A stretch of DNA of 64,000 nucleotides from Eledone cirrhosa (lineage: Eukaryota), in assembly GCA_964016885.1 (NCBI GenBank), contig OZ024742.1, positions 227,230,001 to 227,294,000 on the forward strand. Direction: 5' to 3'. Made by a program: the position numbers and the translations under genes. The notes beneath the pieces were generated by a model. That model had not been told where the DNA came from, did no database searches, and saw nothing but the letters and a program-made list of their open reading frames with translations. Shown piece by piece: positions 55,638 to 64,000 of the stretch; the first letter of the stretch is position 1; each line of letters opens with the position of its first letter.

Positions 55638-55790
55638 TTTCCATCGCACATATTATTAAACCCTTAAATATTATTCTTAATACATATTAACATTTTCTTT
55701 TCATCGCACACATTATTAAACCCTTAAATATTATTCTTAATACATATTAACAATTTCTTTTCATCGCACACATTATTAAACCCTTCAATA
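55638..55790. repeat. 60-bp tandem repeat, about 2.5 copies
   Basis: CATCGCACA[T/C]ATTATTAAACCCTT recurs in register on three consecutive 60-nt lines. Confidence 0.85.
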
Positions 55791-56159
55791 TACAAACCTT
55801 AACTTTACATTATTTTTCTCTTCGATAATTTTCAAATTCTTTTAATTTATACATTATCTTCCAACGGTTTTTAAACCTCTCTATGTAAAACAATATATCT
55901 TTCTCAGTTATAAAAGCTATCTCTTTCTCTCTATCACCCATCTCTCCTCCTATCTCATCCTTCCTCATTATACTCCACCCCCTCCAATTTTTACTCTCAT
56001 CTCCTCCTCTTTTTACTCTCATCTCCTCCTCTTTTTCATCCTCTCCCTCAAAAAAAAATTTTTTCCCCAATATCACACATCAATCTAAAACTACTTTTCA
56101 TATGTTGATTTAAAACTGCACTATCCACAAGTGTTTTTAACCTTCATATCATGTCTTCC

Positions 56160-56230
56160 TATTTTATCTGATGAAAACACAAATGTTATTGCATGATCAT
56201 ATTTGTTTTTGAAATGCGCATAATAAAATA
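56160..56230 (+). ncRNA. Type I hammerhead ribozyme
   Basis: TATTTTAT-CTGATGA-AAACACAAAT..ATTTGTTTTT-GAAA-TGCGCA-TA|ATAAAATA. 8-bp helix I; cut after 56222. Confidence 0.8.
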
Positions 56231-56260
56231 CATGGAACTCATTTAACCATCTTTTGATCT

Positions 56261-56302
<42 letters not shown>

Positions 56303-56448
56303 TATATATATATAGTATTTACGTATCGAGAAAGAGAGAAAAAGGAGGGATAGGTGATACATATAGTTATTTGCCAAGTAGCGTATGCCAAAGGTGCTCG
56401 ATACTAGTGCCGGCAGTATTAAATATTCGAAGTGTTAATATTTAGTGG

Positions 56449-57065
56449 GCTAGAGAGTTAGCAGACTACATCACATCACTAAAGGACTTAAACATCAGCT
56501 TCTCCACGCACTGGGAGATTGTCGGCAGGGCTGCACCGTACAACTTCAAGAGGAAATGCGATCTTTGCCTCATGGAGCTCTACCACATCATAACTGCACC
56601 CCACGAGCTCATCAACAGCAGAGCTGAAACAGCGATATGTTGTACACATCGCTTAAAAATATCCTTCTTTTGATGGGTTAAGAATGAAGAGTGAAATAGT
56701 ACACTGGATCTCCCTGCAACAAGTCTTAACACCCCGGCGGGCAGGCGCAGCAAAATAACACCCAGAAAACAATCCTTGCATACCAGACCCAGCCTCAAAA
56801 AAAAAAAAAAAAAAAATTATCCGGGAAAGACTGCCCTAACACCGGCCGGAGTTACCTCCCTTGACCTGCTGCAAAATCAAAACAAGATATTTTTGCGAGC
56901 AATGAATCTTGATGTAGATTTAACCCCCAAAACTCTTTCCGAACTATATAAGGAACACTTGTGATTATTTATGCCCTTGAGAAGCCCAACTGGGCGAAAC
57001 GTACGTAGGTGATATTTTAAATAAACATGTTTTAACGGTCTATTCTCCGATGTTTTACTTTCCCA
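56449..57065 (+). mobile_element. Penelope-like 3' end with degenerate hammerhead (56974-57010)
   Basis: ELADYITSLK..WEIVGRAAPY..CDLCLME..LINSRAE..CTHR, then CC-TTGAGAA-GCCC(AACT)GGGC-GAAA-CGTACG-TA|GG. Confidence 0.8.
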
Positions 57066-57497
57066 CGTATATATATATATAATATATATATATAATATAT
57101 ATATATAATATATATATATAATATATATATATAATATATATATATATAATATATATATATAATATATATATAATATATATATATATATAATATATATATA
57201 ATATATATATATATAAACTTAAGAAAACAAACAAAGGACAAAACAACGATCAACAAAGCAAATTGAAAAGCAATTTTTTAAGGGAAAACCTTAAATATTT
57301 TCTCTCTTTACGCTGCTTATATCTTCTCTGTTTGTGTGTGGTGTAATTCCTTTATTGAGTAACTAATTATGCAATACAAACCTGATAATGTTGCCAGGAT
57401 TTTACTTAACCTGGGCATTGAAATATATATGTTTTTGCACAATAAAACTTTAAGGGAACTTCACCAGTCATGACGGCTCCCTGTCATTTTAATCAAA

Positions 57498-57556
<59 letters not shown>

Positions 57557-57563
<7 letters not shown>

Positions 57564-58032
57564 TATGTACACGTATAGTAGTATGTATATATATATATAT
57601 ACATACATGCACACATATATATATGTACGTATGGATTCACCGAACATTTATTATAATGTTCGGTGTGTTTGTAAACAAACATCCCGTATTAAGCCGTAGT
57701 GTCCAGCAACCATCGTTGCTCGTTTGTTCAACACTGACAAAGGAACGCTGTACTAGTTTCAAGCTTATTAGCTATCGTCAGCAACATATACCTTCCTGCC
57801 AGATTGTTGAACGTATATACTTACCTTATGCATATTAACGGCTGAGTAGCCCAATTTGCATATCGAGTGGGTTAATCGGCCGGGTGCACCGAAAACGACA
57901 AACACACCGAGCATTATAATAAATGTTCGGTGAATCCATACGTACATATATATATGTGTGCATGTATGTATATATATATACATACTACTGTACGTCTGTA
58001 TACATATATGTATGTACGTGTACATACTTATA
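57557..58032. repeat. Inverted-repeat element (about 115-135-bp arms) next to (TA)n
   Basis: GTACGTATGGATTCACCGAACATTTATTATAATGTTCGGTGTGTTTGT and its reverse complement at about 57899-57945, with matching outer microsatellite-like arms. Confidence 0.8.
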
Positions 58033-58577
58033 TTTAAGTAACAGCCGTACTAAGAGTGGGAAATGAAATTTCGTTTCATTTTTTTCCGTTTATATATATA
58101 TATATATTAAGTAAGTAAGTTAATTTTTCTAAAAAAATTTTTTAAAGAAATTTTCTTATTTTACGTCTTATATATTATTGTTCTGCATCCTCCTGCATTG
58201 AACCACCTAGGTACTATGACATAACCTATGTATTTGCTGGTATTAGCGTACATCTGTGCGCTTATGTTAGTAGATATATAAAATTATCTATATTTATCTC
58301 CAAATCACTGATTTGTCGAGCAAACCTGCCAAAACCACTTCTAAAAATTTTTTTGGGGGGTGTTAGTAGGCGTCTGTCATCTTACCATCCCATTCCTACT
58401 GACTAGCCTCTGTGTCACGTGATTGATTCTTTAGAATCGGCCATATGATCAGTGGCAGTGAGAATTTTCAGTGGCTGGAATCCAGTCCTCGATAGCTGTT
58501 CTAGTTGCCGAATTATTATTATTTTTATATGAGTCCCCAGTGTCCGCGCATCGCCTGGAGACTCGGCTGAGAATGAC

Positions 58578-58657
58578 CTCCCTGATGACGCAATGAAATT
58601 CTCAACAGTTCATTACGTAACTGTCTTTATCCCATTGCAGAAACTAATTAGTTGGAG
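58578..58657 (+). ncRNA. Type I hammerhead ribozyme with long loop 2
   Basis: CTCC-CTGATGA-cGCAATG..CATTGCa-GAAA-CTAATTAG-TT|GGAG; cut after 58653. Confidence 0.8.
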
Positions 58658-58834
58658 TGAAAATTTAAGTAAGTTAATTTTTCTAAAAAAATTTTTTTAA
58701 AGAAATTTTCTTATTTTACGTCTTATATATTATTGTTCTGCATCCTCCTGCATTGAACCACCTAGGTACTATGACATAACCTGTGTATTTGCTGGCATTA
58801 GCGTACATCTGTGCGCTTATGTTAGTAGATATAT

Positions 58835-58902
<68 letters not shown>

Positions 58903-59342
58903 ATTGTAACGTCCAGTTATTGTAGGTTCACCAGAGTGAGCACTCGACGCGTAGTTTCCAGTAAATAAAGAGGTGTAGGACTAAACAGAGTGTAATAAGA
59001 AGAAGGAGGACGATTTGATATGTCTTCATTACGTTTATTGAGTAGAGACGCGCGTTTCGTTATTACTTAGCTCAAGGTTCGATCTGTATCGCTCTTGCCC
59101 GATTCTGGTATCAAAAGCTCGTCGGACTTTTGTTGTGATAATGACAGACATATATATATATATACATTCATTTAGATTTGTTGGTTCACCACTGGATAGA
59201 ACTGGTCATTCCGTATAGTCAACCTTGATGTAATATTAGGGAGAGCACTCGTCTTCGTTTGTGTTGTTGGTGATGCAAGTACGGAGTTAATTATTATAAA
59301 ATAACACGAGGCTGGACTGGTGTAATTCCTTAAAGGTTTATT

Positions 59343-59400
59343 ATACTATGAATATTTCAATGACCGGGTTCAGTATGAATCCGGTGACATCATCAGGTAT
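59343..59400 (-). ncRNA. Type I hammerhead motif (slightly degenerate)
   Basis: Minus strand: ATAC-CTGATGA-TGtcACCGGATTCA(TAC)TGAAcCCGGTCAtt-GAAA-T(ATTC)A-TA|GTAT. Confidence 0.6.
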
Positions 59401-60299
59401 TCGAAATTTAACAAAGGAATATAAAAGATAATAATCATGTGCTTTTTTTTTTACTCAAGTTTTATTCAGTTTTTTAAAGAAGGAAGTAAAATTTCATGAA
59501 AGTCTGGCCCTGCCTGGACTGATGTTTTCCTGTACAAAATTGGGAGGAGTACGTCCTGCCTGAGGAAGGGGTCCCATGAGGTTGAGAGGCTGACACAGCA
59601 GATGTTGCTGGCTGTTCTTTGTTACAATGCTTTTACAATCTTGTCTGCAGAGAGCAACTGAGATACACTGCCAAGCCAAGAGTCTAGAGTTTCATCCCTC
59701 TCTCTTTCCCTTCTCGCATTTTCATTTTCAGGGGATTAGCAAAGTCATTAAAGTATTGGACAAATGCTTAGCAGTATTTGTTCTGAGTTTTTTGTGTTCT
59801 GAGTTCAAATACCACCAAAGTCAACTTTACATCAACCTTTTATCCTTCCAGAATCGATGAAATAAAGTAACAGTAAAGAACTCTAGTTGATATAATCGAC
59901 TTGTCCTTCTTCCTAAATTATTGGCCTTGTGCCTCAGTTAGAAATCAATGTTTTTTTTCTTTCTTCATCCAATTTTTTCTTTCTTCTCTCTTCCTGTTAT
60001 TTTAATACTCTTTTTTATAAATACTTTTATTATTGCATACATCTGTTTACTAATATTATATATTTCTGACTAACTAAACATTACATTACCATGTTCCTAC
60101 TATTTATAGTGTCTTGTAATAAATATTAAACCAACCAGCCAACCAACCAGCCAGCCAGCCAACTAACCAACGAACCAACCAGCCAGTCAGTCAGCCAACC
60201 AACCAACCAACTACCTAACTACTCAGTAGTTCCACCAGACCACTCCTGTTATATTCCTAGATATATTTAGCAAACCAACCATACAGTTCCCAGTTCCAT

Positions 60300-60715
60300 T
60301 TCCACCACAATCACCATCTCCACTATTAACACCATCACCACCAAAAACAACACAATCACCACCACCACCACCACCGTCACTATTACTAACAACCAGCTAC
60401 CACCACCACCACTACCACTACCATCATCACCTACATACCACCATCATCACCATCATTACCACCATCACCATCACCACTACAATCACCACCACCATCATCC
60501 ACACCATCACAACCACAACCACCACAATCATCACCATCACCACTACAACCATCACCATCACCACAACCACTACCACCATCATCATCACCACCACCACCAC
60601 CATTACCACCACCATCATCAGCACCACCACAATCATCACCACCATCATCAACACCATTACAACCAGCTGCCACCATCACCACGATCCCCACCACCACCAC
60701 CATCACCACCACCAT
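60300..60715. repeat. Degenerate (CAC/CAT)n trinucleotide tract
   Basis: Simple repeat. Confidence 0.95.
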
Positions 60716-60844
60716 TCCTCCTGTTTATTGAACCATTTACCAAGAGGAGAGAAAATGGTTGACTGATGATCACTGGTGACTGATTACTGATGACTAATTC
60801 TGACTCATTTCAACCATATTTACTCACCTACATACACATACATA

Positions 60845-60911
<67 letters not shown>

Positions 60912-61155
60912 TCTCTCTTATACACACGCACGCATACACACATGCATAGAACTCACTCTCTTCTCTCACTCACACAGGCGCACTTACTCTCCCTGCCCCC
61001 TCTCTCTCCCCTCTCTCTTTCTCTCTCTCCTACAACATATGACTCAGTTGGGAAATCAATTCCAACATGAATTAGTGTACTGATGGTAAACACTTACACT
61101 TACACACACACACTTACACACATACATACACATACGTAGATACATACACGCACGC

Positions 61156-61237
<82 letters not shown>

Positions 61238-61513
61238 CATTTAACGTGTTCCCTGCTCACAAAGGTTAGATGGGTTTCACAGACCAAGTCGGTACTCAAG
61301 CGGAGTTACTGACCGCTTCTCAGATGTGCTGTGTGTGTGGTGGTGGGGGCAGGATATCATTCACCTACATTTCCACACTCTACCGAGTTTGTCATGTATT
61401 TGACACAGAAGAAAAGTCCTCTCGACCCTTTGTTTGGCGGGTTTTCTACAGCTGGTTGTCTTTCCTGTCACCAACCACTTTACAGATGTACTGGGTGTGA
61501 TTATCGTGTAGGT

Positions 61514-61701
61514 CAGTGGTTCCCAAAGTGGGTTCCGCGGAACCCAAAGTGGGTTCCACAAAGGAGTGTCTAGGGTTCCATGAAAAAAGGTAGAGGAGTA
61601 TATTTATATTATGACCATATAACAGTGTTAGACTTTTGGGTTCCCCCAAAAGTTTCTGAACCAAAAAGAGTTCTGCGTTTGAAAAGGTTTGGGAAACCCT
61701 G
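61514..61701. mobile_element. hAT (Charlie-like) MITE
   Basis: Termini CAGTGGTTCCCAAA and TTTGGGAAACCCTG; 8-bp TSD GTGTAGGT/CTGTAGGT (7 of 8 match). Confidence 0.85.
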
Positions 61702-62112
61702 CTGTAGGTCACCAACACGAGGAAGGATGTCGTGTCTTTGAAACAGCTGATAAGTCCTTCTGACTTTTATTTGGCAAGTTTTCTACAGTAGGATGCTCTG
61801 CCTATCGTCAATAACTTTACAAGGTGTACTGGGTGCATTCTTCGTGGCACCAGCACTAGAGAGCTTGCCACTCATAGTCTCAACTGAAGAGCCCTCCCTA
61901 CCCTACGGGGTTGGGAGAAGGAAGATAAAGTATTAGGTGTGCATGACAAATGTGGTGGGATTCGACAGGGTGATGAGTTGGAGGGATTCATTTCAACAAG
62001 GATTCTAAAGACGGGTGTAGTGATATACACACTCACATACCATCACAATGACGCACACACTCATGCACAAGAACACAGACATAACCACACACACACACAC
62101 ACGCACACACAC

Positions 62113-62300
62113 TAGACCTGCCAACCTCTAAAAACCTAAACGGGGAGTACCTTGAAAAACATGCCCCAAAACGGGGAGAAATGAGGCTAAATAGGGAGAT
62201 TTGCCCAAGCTATACCCATTTTCACAAGAGAAGACATCTCTCACCCACCCCAAAGTGGGTGGGAGATCCCACCGTCGGACGGGGAGAGTTGACAGGTCTG
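62113..62300. mobile_element. hAT-like MITE
   Basis: TIRs TAGACCTGCCAAC and GTTGACAGGTCTG, in (CA)n. Confidence 0.75.
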
Positions 62301-62394
62301 CACACAACTTAAAATACATACACACATTCTATTTATACCAGTATGTATGTGTGGACTCATAACTCATGGTAAAGTCGTATGAACACTGTAGTAA

Positions 62395-62456
62395 CATACG
62401 ACGTTTCTTGGGAATTTTGTTTAAGCCTGGCAGAGACCATTCCCTCTTCAGATCTG
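62395..62456 (-). ncRNA. Degenerate type I hammerhead motif
   Basis: Minus strand: CAGAT-CTGAAGA-GGGAAT..ATTCCC(AA)-GAAA-CG-TC|GTATG. Two extra nucleotides and one helix I mismatch. Confidence 0.5.
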
Positions 62457-62499
62457 AATATGATCAATTTCTTCCAAAGTAAAGAGAGTGATAGAATGG

Positions 62500-62655
<156 letters not shown>

Positions 62656-64000
62656 ATCTATCACAGTACAAGACTTGTAATTTTGTTTTTGTTATCAACC
62701 TCGGAAGGATGAAAGACGAAGTTGCCTTCCTTCGGCGGGATTTGAACTCCGGGCGCTGAGAACCGGAACGAATACTGCAATTTTCCACCTTATATATATT
62801 CCAGTAAAGATTAACAAAATCTCCTTTGTCTTAAAATAAACAGTCAATTAGGTGTTGTATTTAATAACAAGGTGTTTCATTCATAAAAACAAAAACACAG
62901 ACATTTAAATGCAAGTTATTCATTAAAAACACTATTTGTGTTTTCTGGGCCATATGGTGGAATGGGCCTCCGTCGGTTTCAACGATGAATGCTTCAGTTG
63001 TTCGTAAAACGGAACAGCCTGCTTGTGACATTAATGTGTAAATGGCTGAGTATTCCACATGTATGTGTACTTTGTCAGGAAGCATCAGTGACACAGGGTG
63101 TGACAAAAATGGACCTTTGAATTACAGGTAGCTTCATCTTGTACAAATCCCGCCGAGGTTAATTTTGCCTTTCATTCTTACGGGGTCGATAAAATAAAGT
63201 ACCAGTAATGCACTGGGTAATTGCTGGCCTTGTGCCAAAAGTAGAAACAATTATATCGAATCTATGAGATTTTGAAAGTATTTATTTTGAGAACAATACC
63301 TTAACATCAGTTTGAGCGACCAGTTACAGCCATTTTCAACAGAAGGAGGTAGAGAATTCTGGCTGGTTTTCGCCGGTTTGAACATTAAAGGGTTAAATAT
63401 ATTTGTTTCTACTTTTTGGCACAAGGCCAGCAATTATCCCAGTGCATTACTGGTACTTTATTTTATCGACCCCGTAAGGATGAAAGTCAAAGTTAACCTC
63501 GGCGGGATTTGAACTCAGAATGGCAAGGGCCGTAACTCTTTACTGTAAAGCATGGCGTCCGACCCTCTACCGATACTGAAATATATTGATAGGTTTTCAG
63601 AAATAGTCATGATTATCTATTTAGTTTATATAGTAATCGGTTTTGCTCTGCATAGCTTTTCAAAGTTTAATTTTGATTTGCGCCGGTTGTATATTCCACA
63701 AACACGTGTACCTTAACATAATCATCAGGGAGAATCAGCCTGACAGTGTGTGACAAGCCTGGACCTTTGAAATACAGGTACAGTCCGCCATCTTGTACTA
63801 TAGCATGAGGAGTTGAATATTCCACAAACACGTGGAGATTGAGTGTGACTTATTGGTACAATTTATTCGACCGGACTACAAACAGTTTCTGTCAACCCAG
63901 TTTCACTTACAAAACTGGATCGACCCCAGGTTATGATAATGACACTTGTCCAGAGGTGTAACAAAGGAAAACAGCACCTATGGCAAACATTGAAATTGCG

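Noticed and set aside
59040-59130. Minus-strand GAAACGCGCGTC half-hammerhead with a CCGACGA core
   Set aside because: The core is mutated and helices I and II are not convincingly paired.

Overview
Repeat-saturated, AT-rich animal (eukaryotic) DNA. The SINE, LINE and microsatellite content resembles octopus/coleoid genomes, but that assignment is inference from recall. I found no convincing host gene, and most ORF-track entries are microsatellite or antisense artefacts. Main contents: a 5.5-kb minisatellite; a decayed Gypsy LTR element with a 5-bp TSD inside a degenerate (TAACCC)n tract; a near-full-length Tx1/L1-type LINE between two overlapping pieces of an R4/Dong-type LINE; RTE and CR1-like LINE fragments; a non-autonomous Helitron; Tc1/mariner and hAT derivatives; SINEs; and three Penelope-like (GIY-YIG) remnants. 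The most striking signal is absent from the ORF track. Between about 39 and 62.5 kb there are about 11 type I hammerhead-ribozyme motifs (CUGANGA...GAAA...NUH, helices paired by eye). Most have a short self-complementary helix III, and most sit in small (TA)n-flanked units with terminal redundancy and/or inverted ends. Two units look like retrozyme or circular-RNA-derived monomers of 315 and about 554 nt. A degenerate HDV-like ribozyme candidate lies at the 5' end of an RTE derivative. All folds are manual, and none is computationally or experimentally verified.
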